Part shown: piece after piece, positions 37,953 to 50,690 of the stretch
How positions within the stretch are numbered: the stretch's first letter is position 1
Layout of the letters: the number at the start of each line of letters is the position of its first letter
Assembly: GCF_018350175.1 (NCBI RefSeq)
Contig: NC_058368.1
Span: 220,474,001 to 220,538,000, forward strand
Origin: Felis catus
Taxonomy: Eukaryota
Direction of reading: 5' to 3'
DNA length: 64,000 nucleotides
The notes under the pieces: model-generated
The model's database searches: none
What the model saw: only the letters and a program-made list of their open reading frames with translations
What the model was told of the DNA's origin: nothing
Translations under genes and position numbers: made by a program

Positions 37953-38118
37953 CATGAGCATGGGAGGGGCAGAGAGAAGGGAGACACAGAACCTGAAGCA
38001 GGCTCCAGACTCCGAGCTGTCAGCACAGAGCTGGATGTGGGGCTGGAACTCAAGAATTGTGAGATCATTATCTGGCCCAAAGTCAGACGCTTAACTGACT
38101 GAACCACCCAGGTGCCCC
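37888..38118 (-). mobile_element. Feline SINE with internal (CA)n
   Basis: Reverse SINE; (CA)n expansion in the CT-tract region. Confidence 0.96.
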
Positions 38119-38547
38119 TTTACAGCTAATTTTATATCATGAAATATTTTTCCAATGCTTATAATCTTACTGTCATTTAAGTTTCATAAGAAAATATATA
38201 AGATACTTCTGGAAATTTTATCCATAATATTACTTACAGGTCATTAAGATATATTATTCTTAAATTTTACCTTGAGGTACATATTCATGATTGCTAAACC
38301 TTAATAACTTGCAATTATGAGGTCTTACCCTACATATAAAGTTAACTTTGGCTAAATGTTTTTTTGGGTTTTTTTTTTGTTTTTTTGTTTTTCTTTTTTA
38401 TAATGGTTCTATTGGGTTATGTCTAAAGCCCTAAATTTTTAAGATTTTTAGCCAATGCAGCTTGTTGAAAATAAGACACTGAGAAAATCTAGTGTAAAAT
38501 GAGAAACATACTAAAATAAGAGTATAAGAAGATGTCCTTGTGTCCTT

Positions 38548-38791
38548 GGGGCACATGTGTGGCTCAGTCAGTTAAGTGTCCAACTCTTGACTGTCCAAAT
38601 CTCACGATTTGTGAGTTTGAGCCCCACGTTGGGCTCCACTCTGGCAGCGCAAACCCTGCTTGGGATTCTCTCCCTCTCATCTCTCTCTGTCCCTTCCCTG
38701 TTCTTGCTCTCTCTCTCTAACTAAATATATAAACTTAAACAAAAAGTAGAGATTCAATCTCCCTCTCTCTCTGCCCTTCCCAGCTCATGTG

Positions 38792-38838
<47 letters not shown>

Positions 38839-38870
38839 CCTCTAAATGACAACAACCACAACAACAAAAA
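38548..38870 (+). mobile_element. CanSINE plus a second SINE 3' half
   Basis: Full SINE 38548-38745, second CT tract and tail 38751-38870, flanked by aagatgtccttg 38529-38540/38874-38885. Confidence 0.9.
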
Positions 38871-39229
38871 TCCAAGATGTCCTTGGTTCTAGGGACAACC
38901 CATCTTTATGAGGATAAATGACCCACGGAGGAAGAAGTATAATGTCAGAGATAGGAGAGAAGCTGTGTTGGGTTTTTTTTGTTGTTGTTGTTATTTTTTT
39001 AAGGTGGTCAAATTAATTTCTCTTAGATAAAATTAAAATACATTAAACTCTCTCTGTATATTTTTTTTCAAATTTTCACAGTAAATATTGTAATATATCC
39101 ATATACTAGATTCAATAGGACACTCCCTAAGAATCTATAATTAGAATCTGGGTCCTCTGGGGAAAAATATTATCCAGGATAGATTTTTTTCATGATGAGT
39201 GTCTGAATCAATATCTGTAGGGCAAAAAC

Positions 39230-39972
39230 AATAAAACATCACAAAGATAAATTTTAACAGTCTTAAATGGATGGAGAGATATCCCATGTTCACATATCAG
39301 TAGATTCAATAATATCAAGACTTCCAAGTCTTCTCATATTGTACTACAGATTAAATACAACCCCATTTATAATCAGAGCTGGTTGATCTATAGAAACTGA
39401 TAAGATAACTAAAACTTACATGGAAATGCAAAGTTACTAGTATAGCCAAAAGAAATTTGGAAAAAAAGCAACAATGTTAGAAAATTCATTCTACCAGACT
39501 TACTCTAAAAGCTATACTAATCAAAACTGTGTTATTGGCAAAAGATAAATATATAGATACATGAAACATAATGTAAACTCTAGAAATGGACTCACATGTA
39601 TATATTCAGTTGATTTTTAACACATGTGTCAAAGCCCTTCAATAGAGACATAAAAGTGTTTTCAAAGATTGTACCATGACAATCAGATATCTATATGAAA
39701 ACAAAAAAAAGATTCCAACTTCTTCTACACATCACCTACAAGTGTTAAATTGAAAATAGATAATTGGGGCACCTAGCTGTCTCAGTTGGTTAAATATCTG
39801 CCTTCAATTCAGGTCATGATCTCACTGTTTGTGAGTCTGAACTCCTCATTGGGCTCCCTGATGTATGTACAGAGCCCACTTTAGATCCTCTGTCCCCTTC
39901 TCTCTCTGAACCTTCACCACTCATGCTCTCTCTCTCTCTCCTTTTCTTTAAAAAAAAAAAGAAGAAAAGAAA

Positions 39973-40020
<48 letters not shown>

Positions 40021-40720
40021 AGGAAAGAAGGAAAAAAATAGGTTAATTGTCAAAACATAAGACCTAAAACTATAAAACATTGAGGAATACACAAAACAGG
40101 AGGAAAAAAAAAAAACCTTTCCATACTTGAGCTAAGCCAAAAGCTGGAAGCAATAAAAGAAAAAATATATTACATTGAAATCTATCAAAAAAATTTTTTT
40201 GCTCTTCAATCACTTAAAAATGAAAAGCAGGCAATATAGAGGGAAAATATTTATGTATTTTTATCTCTATTTAAAGTACTTATATTCAGAATAAATAAAT
40301 AAATAAATAAATAATCATTATAATGATAATAAGAAGAAAAACAATTTTATAATATGCCAATACATATGGACACTTCACCAAGGAAGATTTAGAAAATAAA
40401 TCTTTATGTGTAAATAAACACATAAAAAGCTCATAATCATTAGGAAAATGCTAAGAAAACAATGAAAATATATCACCATTTTCCCACCTAGAATGGTTAA
40501 TTTAGAAAACTTGATAATACCAAATATTGACTTTAGGAGGCACCTAAAATTCTAATTTTTCCTCACGGGTGTGCAAAAATGATATAGCCACATTATTAAA
40601 TATGCGGATGGTTTATCATAAAGTTAAACCTATGCTTATATTGTAATATAGCAGTCCTATGTCTAGATACTTATCCAAGAGAAATTAAAACATGTATCTC
40701 TATTATGCACTTATTTGGAA
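39230..40720 (+). mobile_element. Old L1 (L1M) ORF2 3' region
   Basis: aaatggatggagagatatcccatgttca, aaagctatactaatcaaaactgtg, aaaacataagacctaaaactataaaac, acacttcaccaaggaagat. Confidence 0.85.
39766..40034 (+). mobile_element. CanSINE with (GAAA)n tail
   Basis: Head at 39766; degenerate TSD aaaatagataatt/aaaataggttaatt. Confidence 0.93.
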
Positions 40721-40759
40721 AATATGATAGCATATAAATGATACCTTAATAAATCTGAT

Positions 40760-41650
40760 CTTAAATAGTCAAGAGAAATAATGGGAAATAAAAACATGCT
40801 GAGAATAAATTTTAAAATGGACTGTAAGGCATGAATGGTAAAACAGCAATGCTATATGTGTTCAATGAAATAAAATTATAGATAGAGACCTTACAGAAAC
40901 TGGAAATTATGAGAAGTGAAAACAGAGAGATTTGAGTACTAGTAGAAAAGAGTAAATAAAAAGCATGATTGGGGTACCTGGGAGGCTCAATCGTTTTGGT
41001 GTCTGACCTCTGCTCAGGTCATGATCTCATGGTTCATGGGTTTGAGCCCCGTGTTGGGCTCTATGCTGACAGCTCAGAGCCTGGAGCCTGCTTTATATTC
41101 TGTGTCTCCCTCTCTCTGCCCCTCCCCTGCTCACACTGTCTCTCTCTCTCTCAAAAATAAATAAAAAATAATTTTAAAAAAAACATGATCAAGGAACATG
41201 ATGTACAATATAGAAATATGTGGAAATGGAGTAGAAGTTATATTTTTAAAGAGTTAATTGTGGAGAGTTTCCATTACCAATGAATGAAATCAAGCCATTG
41301 AGTCTAAAAATCCTATAAATTCCAAAGGTATTTATCTACTTATTCCCTATCATCACATTGTAATACAGTTTTTAAAGCCACGTGAAAAATTAAATCTTAA
41401 AATCAGTCAGAGAAAAAAAAATCATCTTATTTGGCTGACAGCTGATCCCTCAACAGGAACACAGGGATAGAAGACAATAGTATAATACCTTTAAAGCATT
41501 GACAGAAAGTAATTACTGATATGGGATTCCATATTTTGTGTAAATATCCCTCAAGAATGAATGGGAAATGAAGAGATTTTCTAAAAAAGAAAATTGAAAT
41601 ATTTTGTCAGCATCAGACTTGCTGGTATACTTCAATATGAAAGGAAAGGA
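40760..41650 (+). mobile_element. Old L1 ORF1-region remnant
   Basis: aaatcttaaaatcagtcagagaaaaaa, ggctgacagctgatccctcaacaggaacacagggatagaagacaatagtataatacctttaaag resemble decayed ORF1. Confidence 0.6.
40971..41183 (+). mobile_element. Feline SINE
   Basis: Head, CT tract, A tail; TSD aaaaagcatgat/aaaaacatgat. Confidence 0.95.
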
Positions 41651-41744
41651 CTTCATATAGAAGGTCATCAATTTATAATAATCTTTTATAAATCAAAGGA
41701 ATATATAGAGTCAAAGGCATTCACTAAAAGGTTAGCTTTGAAAA

Positions 41745-41945
41745 GTGAAAATTATGTACCAACTTCCAGTTATAAAATAAATAAGTCACAAAGATGAAAA
41801 GTAATGCATAGAAAGTATAGTCAATAATATCATAAAAAACATTATATGGTGACAGATGGTGACCACATGTACCATGGTCAGCATAGCATAGTGTACAGAA
41901 TTTTTTTATACATCTGAAATTAATATAACATTGTCAACTATTTTT
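41745..41945 (+). mobile_element. L1 3' end (L1MA9/L1_Carn-like)
   Basis: gtaccaacttccagttataaaataaataagtcac...atggtgacagatggtgacc...atctgaaattaatataacattgtcaacta. Confidence 0.8.
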
Positions 41946-41959
41946 AAAAAGTAGTTGGC

Positions 41960-42160
41960 AGGGCATCTGGGTCGCTCAGTCGGTTGAGTGTCTGATTCTT
42001 GATTTTGGCTCAGGCCATGATACCAGGGTGTTGGGATCAAGCCCCATTTCAGGCTTTGTACTGATCTTGGAGCCTGCTTAAGATTCTCTTTCTCTTTCCC
42101 TTTTCCCCTCTCCCCCACTCACACCCCCCTCTCTCTCTAAAAAGAAAAAAGAAAAAAAAA
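41960..42160 (+). mobile_element. CanSINE
   Basis: Head, CT tract, A tail. Confidence 0.92.
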
Positions 42161-42289
42161 GGCACTTGGTTATTTGGATAAAAAAGTACAAATTATCAAA
42201 CTAATAGTAATACAAAGTAATCAAATATACTCTAGAAGAAAGGCAAAATGTTAGAACAAAACCATCTTAATAAAAGAAAGCAATTAGTA

Positions 42290-42545
42290 AACATATAGTA
42301 GCAAGTTATTTTCAAAGCAAATTATATCATTGATTTCCTTAAATGAATAAGTTAACTGTTCCAAACAAAACAAAAAAAAAGTGTTCAGATTGGACCTAAA
42401 ACATGAGCCTACTAATATTTTTCCTTATGGGTGAAATATAAAATAGTAGAGTATAAGTTTGCAAGTATGGAAAGAGACATTGCATACTAACATTAATGAA
42501 GCACAACTGATGTAAGCAGATTAAATGATATTGATGTTTCTGTTA
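42290..42545 (+). mobile_element. Old L1 ORF2 endonuclease-start remnant
   Basis: atatcattgatttccttaaatg...tcagattgga...atggaaagagacattgcatactaac. Confidence 0.55.
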
Positions 42546-42560
42546 GAAATATCATGTTAT

Positions 42561-42765
42561 GGGGCGCCTGGGTGGATCAGTCGGATCCGACTTCAGCTCA
42601 GGTCACGATCTCACAGTTCATGAGTTCGAGCCCCGTTCAAAGCTGGAGCCTGCTTCGGATTCTGTGTCTCCCTCTCTCTCTGCCCCGCCCCCCCACCCCC
42701 CCACTCACACTCTGTCTCTCCCTCCTTCTAAAAATAAATAAATAAACATTAAAAATTTTTTTTAA
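42561..42765 (+). mobile_element. Feline SINE with internal deletions
   Basis: TSD agaaatatcatgt/agaaacatcatgt. Confidence 0.95.
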
Positions 42766-42999
42766 AGAAACATCATGTAATGTTGCAATAACAAATCATT
42801 TTAAAGCCAGTGATTTGCCACAAGTTTATTTCTTGTGCTTGCTACCTGAACCTCATAGGTCCATGGCAAGAGAGAGCCCTGGTATAACTTACATTGTCAA
42901 TTTAAAGACTCAGCTCAGAAGTGATCACCTGGTTACAGCTCATTGGCCATGGAAACTGTGAAGCGGTCATCCCAAAAGTCTGGGTCACTAATAACTAAC

Positions 43000-43225
43000 A
43001 CATAAAGATAAAAAATGCATATTGTACAATTTCCATCAATCTCTCCATAAAGAGGTCAAAAAGAAGCAAAATAAAATTTATAGCTAGAAAATCAGCATAA
43101 GGGATACTTTAGATAGAAGAAAGGGTTACATGGGTGTTCACACTGTGGTAAGTTACTGAGTTATACTTTTATATTTTGTTCCTTTCATGTGATGTTAAAT
43201 TTCAATAAAACTATTAAAAAAGTGA
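43000..43225 (+). mobile_element. Old L1 (L1ME-like) 3' end
   Basis: ggttacatgggtgttcacactgtggtaagttactgagttatactt...tttcaataaaa. Confidence 0.65.
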
Positions 43226-43384
43226 AACCAAAGGAAACAAGCAAAGAAAAACACTAATGAATCAGACTCACTGGGAAGGTAGAATGAAAAAAAAAAGTAG
43301 TTTTAGCAAAGGTAAAAGATGTGGTTTTGAAGAGGAGAGATTTTCTTCTCAACCATTTAATAAAATTTTCTTTGGAATGTAAGT

Positions 43385-43810
43385 ATCCATTTTTAGCAGG
43401 AATCTTTTTAGTTGCATATAAAAGATTGGAACCCCAGCTAGCTGAGTCACAATGTGAATGTTTTGGTTCACTCATTGAAATCTAGAGAGATCGGTCTGCA
43501 TTTTGACTCTGTTAGATGTCAGGTGCACCAACTCTGCTATTAGCAATGTATTGTTCATTTCTATCTTTCATCCTTCCTTGTGTATATGTTTCTTTAAATC
43601 TGCAGTCTCTCCCCTGGTGGTAGGAAAGATGAATTTCGGAGCATTTAGAGATTTGTGGTTCTTATACTACCTAATTCCATGGGAGAAAAGTTAGCTTATT
43701 CCTAGAGCCTATGAGGATTCCTTTAAAAGGGTTGTCTCATTGACTTGCTTGGGCTACATTTTCACCATATGACCAATGTACCTGAGCCACATGGCTTGGA
43801 GGAAAATGTG
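43385..43810 (-). mobile_element. Old MLT1 (J/K/L-like) LTR remnant
   Basis: ggaatctttttagttgca...tctcattgacttgcttgggctacat...gaccaat. Confidence 0.5.
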
Positions 43811-45124
43811 ACTCTATAATTGAAGGGACAGAAGAAGATGAATATATTCCATTACAATTCCCATATAGCTACCATTGTAACTTGATTTCTATTTGATCGA
43901 CCAAGCTTCCTAAAAGATTTCATGGTCCTTCCTATAAATATACCCTTATCTCTCACTCTGTCCTCATTCCGGGTAATCTAGCTGGTGCTCTCTAGGACTA
44001 GGAGATGTCCTAGTAGGCATCTCATTGCCAAAGCAATCAGTGGCTCCCAGTGGATGAATTCAGAGACATTTTATTGTTAATTTGTGGAGTCTTCTACATT
44101 TCCCTTGTTTCTGTAAAGAAAAAATTCTCTTTTGATTTCTTTGAGGATATTTGTTCCTATTTTTCCTCATCGTTTGCAGCCACCTCTTAGTTGTGAAACA
44201 TTCAGGGTTTGGTTAACAGCAAATGTTCACAATCCTCAGGAATCTGTCATACGTGCTCTCTCTGAAACCTAATCAGGCTGATCCTTCTGTCCGGAGTTAC
44301 TTACCCCTTGGTATCAATCAGTATAATTCAATTTGGCATTAAAATCTAGATCAGGTGTGTTTCTTGGAATTAAAGTTAGCAAAAAGCCTCTGGAGCATTT
44401 GGGCGTGCCCTAACATAACATACATATGTCACTTTACGGTAATTGCCTTTTTGTCTCTCTTCCTAGTTGCACATAAATTACCTTAGGCTAGGGTCTTTAA
44501 ATGTTTGTGTCAAGAGCCTAGAGAACAGTAGGTACTCAAAAGCCAAAGCAAGAAGGAAAGGTGGGAAATTAAACTCCTGGGTCCAATCAGTTGCACAATG
44601 TTATGACCTCCTTCACTGATGCTCCCTACTCCAAATGGAGAGGACAAGACATATAGCTGGGTTGATCAGAGAGGGATGAGCTGAGGGACTGGTAGGATAA
44701 ACAACTCAGTGAGGATGTTTCCAAGAGACTCATTCCAATGTAACAATGTAGAGTTGGCTTGCTTAAGAGAGAAGAGAGAGTATAGACTGAAGGGAAAAGA
44801 AGGGAAAGACTGGAGATGTTAATGAAGTCAAACCTTGTGTAATAGACGCAAGGCAAAAAGAAGAGACTAGTTTGTTCCCTCCTTTTCATTTACCAATACA
44901 TTTTTGAAAAATACTCTTCTCCACCTACACTGATAAACTCGAATATTGAATTTTGCACTTGCTTCTGTACTGAGATCTCCTGAAGATTACCTGTGACTTC
45001 AAGCTGATAAATCCAAATGTCATCCAAATTCTTTATTATTCTTGCTGAAGAAAAAGGACAGTATTACTTTTCCTTTGAAAAATTTCTCTATCTATTCTTC
45101 CATGCTTGGTTTGTCTTTCAGAAT

Positions 45125-45570
45125 TGGTTCCACCCCAATGACAGGGAAAGATCACATGACCCCTGAGAGCCAGTCAGCATGATTCTATCTTCTAGGCTTA
45201 TAGAAGTTACTTCAGGGAAGAGTGTTTTTATCAAGTTAATCCAAGCCTAGGCAATGCTCAGGAGTTATGTAAAAGGACTCCACTTTCTAATGTGAATGGG
45301 ATAGATAAGAATTATGTTAGCCTGGAGCTACTGGTGGGGGGTTACTAATTATGATCTGCAAATAAGCCAACCATATTAAAAATACAGCAGAAAGCAGGGT
45401 TAGAAACATCATAATGATGTTGTTTGAACCCGAGCACCAAACCCTGCTTGAATTTGGCAATAACTGTGGACCATGTGGTTATGTGAGCCAACAAATCTCA
45501 TTTGTAATTTAAGCAAGTTTATGTGGGGATTTTGTTACTTGCAGCAGAGAGTAGTAAAGATCCATCCAAC
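45125..45570 (+). mobile_element. Old MLT1 (J/K-like) LTR remnant
   Basis: gttatgtgagccaacaaatctc...ttaagcaagtttatgtggggattttgttacttgcagcaga 3' signature. Confidence 0.65.
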
Positions 45571-45788
45571 ACATCCAATATCTTAAATAATTTTACAGAT
45601 CCTACCTTTCTGAAGTTGTCTATGTTTTTCTTATGTGATGTCGTTTTATATTTTCCTAACACTGTTTGCCCCAATCCTTCCTTCCCACCGTCATCAGATT
45701 AATATATCCAAAGCTACACATTTGTTTTTAACATTAATTTGCACAAATCCTCATTGTCTTCCAGTTTTGTACAGAATGAATAATATAT

Positions 45789-45905
45789 CTTCCTCCCTCC
45801 CTTTTTCCCTCCTCCCTTCCTTCCTCCCTCCTCCCTCCTTCTTTCCTGCCTTCTCTTCCTCTTTCTTCCTTCCCTCCTTTCCTTTCTTCCTTCTCTCCCT
45901 TTTTT

Positions 45906-45949
<44 letters not shown>

Positions 45950-45981
45950 TCCTTCTTCTCTTTCTTTCTCTTTCTTTCTTC
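45789..45981. repeat. (CCTT)/(CTTT)n polypyrimidine tract
   Basis: Direct read. Confidence 0.95.
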
Positions 45982-46638
45982 TCAAAAATTTTCATCTTAT
46001 CCTTTATAATAATCCTGAATGAATGTTAATAGAATATGTTCCCTGTTTTCCATATAGTCCATCCTCTGTCTTGGTGTTAATGGCATTCCCTGGAACATAA
46101 ATGTCCTTTCTAGTTATGCCATGTCCGCATTCATTTATTCAGTAACTATGTAAATCCTTTTAAGACAGTCACATTTTCTTTCCATCAAAATTCTACTCGA
46201 TCTTTAAATCCTTTCTTTATAGCAGTTTTACTAAGAAGTTAAAAATATGAGTAATTTTGGTGTTGAGAATTCATTGAACTTTGTACACTTTTTTGAAATG
46301 TTTATTTTATGTCATAATGTTGGGAATTTTTTTCTCTCTTAACTTTCTGGAATACTGCTATTTCCTGAGTACAGTGTTGTTGTTTTTTTTTTTTTTTTTT
46401 TTTTTTATTCTGGTTGTATTCTTTATAGTTTATGAAACTTTGCATTGCATAGTGCAAGTTCTTAATAGTTAAGCTTGATTTTTCTTTTAACTTATTTGGA
46501 TGGATTTGTTCGATGCCTTAAATTAGGATGGTTTTGTTAAAATACTTTTCTTTTTTCTTGTAAATATATTATACCATAGTATATTAAGAATTAGCCTATA
46601 GGCATATTTTCATTTTTAAAGAGCTTTGGGGAATGTTT

Positions 46639-46912
46639 TTTATTTTTATTTTTTTAAGTTTATTTATTTATTTGGAGAGAGGGAGAGAGAGCACAAGTAG
46701 GCAGGGGCAGAAAGATGGATGGAGAGAGAGAATCCCAGGTAGGCTCTTTGCTGTCATTACAGAGCCTGATGCAGGGTTCAGTCTTACAAATTGGAAGATT
46801 ATGACCTGAGCCCAAATCAAGAGTCAGATGCTTAACCGACTGAGCCACCCAGGTGCTCCTTTTCTTTATTTCTTTTTTTTTTTAAGTTTATTTATTTATT
46901 TTGAGAGAGAGA
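46639..46912 (-). mobile_element. CanSINE (46639-46859) plus a SINE tail-only fragment (46860-46912)
   Basis: Both lie between gggaatgttt copies at 46629-46638/46918-46927. Confidence 0.9.
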
Positions 46913-47317
46913 ACCCTGGGAATGTTTGTTTGTTTGTTTGTTTGTTTGTTTTAATTACCAACTCTAGAGGTAAAACCAACATTCCTGTATAAAATGAAGA
47001 ACATTTTATTAGAAAAAGATACAACTTTAACTGCAAATTTAGGATCACTAATGTTTTTATTGGTATATTTAAAATATTACTTTATTTTCACAAATTTGAA
47101 GAATATTCATAAATGTTTTAACTTGTTAAATTATTGATGACTCCGTTTAAGCTTTATATTAAAATTTTAAAAATTCTAACCTTGTATTGTGAGATTTTAA
47201 CAATGGCAATCTGATTAAAGTTCATATAAATTATAGGAAGCAGTTTCATTTGTTCTAGATTATAATTGTACTTCATGAGAAATAGAGAAACAATGTTTTA
47301 CTACTGCTCAAGTCTTT

Positions 47318-47326
47318 CTTTCTTTT

Positions 47327-47370
<44 letters not shown>

Positions 47371-47607
47371 TTGTTCTTTCTTTTGTTCTTTCTTTCTGTC
47401 TTTCTTCTTTAATGTTTATTTATTTTTAAGAGAGAGTGATTGTGTGAGTGAGGGAGGAGCAGAGAGAGAGGGAGACAGAATCCATAGCAGGCTTCAGGCT
47501 CTGAGCTGTCAACAAAGAGCCTGACGTGGGGCTTGAACTCACAAACCGTGGATTCCTGACCTGAGCTCAAGTGGGAGACTTAACTGACTAAACTACCCAG
47601 GCGCCCC
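47318..47607 (-). mobile_element. Feline SINE with (CTTT)n tail
   Basis: TSD tcaagtcttt 47308-47317/47608-47617. Confidence 0.96.
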
Positions 47608-47624
47608 TCAAGTCTTTATTTTTA

Positions 47625-47860
47625 TTTATTTTTTTTTTTTAAATTTTTTTTTTTTCAACGTTTATTTATTTTTGGGACAGAGAGAGACAGAGCATGAACG
47701 GGGAGGGGCAGAGAGAGAGGGAGACACAGAATCGGAAACAGGCTCCAGGCTCTGAGCCATCATCAGCCCAGAGCCCGACGCGGGGCTCGAACTCACGGAC
47801 CGCGAGATCGTGACCTGGCTGAAGTCGGACGCTTAACCGACTGCGCCACCCAGGCGCCCC
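47625..47860 (-). mobile_element. Very young feline SINE (SINEC_Fc type)
   Basis: CpGs essentially intact; 16 bp TSD caagtctttattttta 47609-47624/47863-47878. Confidence 0.98.
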
Positions 47861-47878
47861 GACAAGTCTTTATTTTTA

Positions 47879-48110
47879 AATGTTTTGTTTTGTTTTGTTT
47901 TGTTTTGTTTTGTTTTGTTTTGTTTTGAATTTAGTTTGGAAGGAGGGAAGCTGAGCAGAGGCAGAGTCAGAGGGGGACAGAGGATCTGAAGTGGGCACCG
48001 TGCTGACAGCAGCAAGCCTAATGCGGGGCTCGAACTCAGGAATCAAACCACAAGATCATCACCTGAGTTCTAATAATAACTTTCAACCAACTGAGGCACC
48101 CAGGTGCCCC
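47879..48110 (-). mobile_element. Older feline SINE with (GTTTT)n tail
   Basis: Outer 15 bp TSD tactactgctcaagt 47299-47313/48111-48125. Confidence 0.95.
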
Positions 48111-49405
48111 TACTACTGCTCAAGTATTTAAAAAGCCATTAAAACTGTAAAATCTTGCTTAAGCCGTTTTAGAAAATAGGGATTTTACTTCAAAATTCCA
48201 GATGCAATTTATGTCTCATTTCATTTATCTATTCATTGAGTATTCAAAAATGAATAAGGAAAAACCATGATTGGATGAAAGAAATCATAGTCTATTTGCC
48301 TGAGCCAGCCAAACACATAGGCAGCTCCTAGGTATATGAATGTTTTTCCTTGTTTGGGCCCTCACCTATACAATTATCTTAGGGTCTCTTTGATAAGATA
48401 AAAATATATCATGATTTAGAGAATTATTATACAGTGTTTATCAATATGACTCAAAGTTCCCTGGAAGTAGGATTTCATTTTATTTTTCTGAACATAATTA
48501 AAAGTCTTTGCAATTAGCTTTTACTTTCATCATCCTTAAGTCTAATGATTATGACATTCTGTTTCTCCTTTTAAGAAATCCTGTAATTCCTGCCCCCAAA
48601 TAATTTAAGCCTAGAGTTTTAAATATGTTTTCATCTCAATCCATCGTTCTTAATTAGCTTCTTTCAAGTAAAATAAAACTACTTGGCCTCAGTCTTATCT
48701 TAACCCAAAACCAAAACCAAAACAAAACACACAAATGAAATCACTGAAATTATATGCTAGCAACATCTTACTATATTTAATCAGATGTTCAAAGGCATGC
48801 CATTATCATTCTTAATATTATCAAATAAATTCAGAACTTTAAAACATTTTTCTATCAGGTTACCAACCTTGGCTTTGATTGTTTCATATTATAATTTTAA
48901 CTCTAAGATCTTATGAACCAATTTAATGAGATGGATTTTTATCTTTATGTAATAAGCCTGCTGTGTGTTCTTTAAGTTTTTAAATGAATTTTTGGAAAGA
49001 TTGTGACTTCAAAGTCTTTTTAAAAAACAAGTTTTGTGTTTTATGCATTTATATAGTTGTTGCTTGGAAATATCAAAACGATGTTTCAGGTTGTCATAGA
49101 TTCCAACTAACAGAACACTACCGAGCAGATGATATAGCAAAAAAACATTATTATCTCACTTAAAAAGAAGTGTTTCTTTTCAACTTGCTGCTCTTTCATA
49201 CCATGTGTTGGCTTATTCTCAGGGCTGCTCACTTCACAATTTAAAGATGGCTTCTGTTTTCACCACCACAAGTAGACAAGATAGTCTTGTCTATAAGACA
49301 AAATGTCCTTTATGGAATATCTTTTTTTAATTTTAATTTGTCAATAATATTCTAGAATTCATAAGACTCAATATTTAAGGAAAGAAACAATCTACGTAAA
49401 CTTCT

Positions 49406-49615
49406 TTTGTTTATTTTTTTTAATGTTTATTTTTGAGAGAGAGACAGAGACAGAGCATGAGCAGGGGAGGGGCAGAGAGAGAGGGAAACACAGAATCTGA
49501 AGCAGGCTCCAGGCTCTGAGCTGTCAGCTCATGAACTTCCAAGTGTTCATGAATAGCAAGATCATGATTTATGCTGAAGTCTGACACTTAATGGACTTAG
49601 CCACTCAGGTGCCCC
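49406..49615 (-). mobile_element. Feline SINE with rearranged middle
   Basis: TSD ctacgtaaacttct/ctaggtaaacttct. Confidence 0.95.
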
Positions 49616-50467
49616 TAACTAGGTAAACTTCTGAACTTACATTGCATACATTTTCAACTTATTACCTTTTTTTTCAAACCAAGCATTTAGGTATTCTCCT
49701 CATATCCAGAAATAATTAAATAAGTATTTAAGTAATTTTGTGATGTATCAAATGGTAGACATAGACATGGAGGGAAAAAGTAATCATCCTTGATTATGGG
49801 AGTTCTGAGAATTCTTTCACTTCTTTGAATCTTTAGGCAAATGGTAAATCAGACCTTATGGGTCTAGGTTCATTGAATATAAGGGATAAGTGTGGGAATC
49901 AGACCATTGAGTCCATTTCTCTGTAAGTAGAGAAAAACTATTTCTAATAAGTCCGTTAGTGTAATGTCTACTCTGCCATTATTTGCCTCTTGAGAGGAAG
50001 TTTCTTTTCTTTCCACGAGGAATCCAGACTCCTTATTCAGTAGTTCTCCCCAACATGGTGTTGGCCTTAATTGCACTCTCCTAAATTTCTTCCCATTATT
50101 CCTAATTACACTTCTTTGATGAACCTGAGTAACTAGCTTGCTTTTTTCAGTTTTTCTTATAAACTTTTTCATCTATTTATTTGAGCAGGAAATAAAGTTA
50201 CATAACAATTCTAAATTTAGCCTATGTTAAATAATATTTCTTTGAATTCCCTTTAGATTGCAAGTTTCAGCTATCAAATATAAATATTTAATCTTATCAA
50301 ATACACTTTAAAAACAAACTTATCTATAAATAAAATGTCATGTTTCAATTATGTTTGTTTAAAACATTGCTTCTATTCTATATTAGCCTTACTTTCCTTC
50401 TGTGTTTTTTTTTCTGTTCTATCAACATAAAGATAATGAATATCTGCAATTTAAATTAAGAAATCCA

Positions 50468-50625
50468 GGGGTGCCTGGGTGGCTCAGTCGGTTGAGCGTC
50501 TGACTTGGGCCCAGCTCATTATCTCATGATTCTTGAGTTCCAGCCCTGCGTTGGGCTCTGTGCTGACAGCTCAGAGCCTAGAGCTTGCTTCAGATTCTGT
50601 GTCTCCCTCTCTCTCTGCCCCTCCC

Positions 50626-50661
<36 letters not shown>

Positions 50662-50690
50662 AAAAACAAATAAACATTAAAAAAATCTTA
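50468..50690 (+). mobile_element. Feline SINE
   Basis: Degenerate TSD aaattaagaaatcca/aaataaaggaatcca. Confidence 0.96.
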
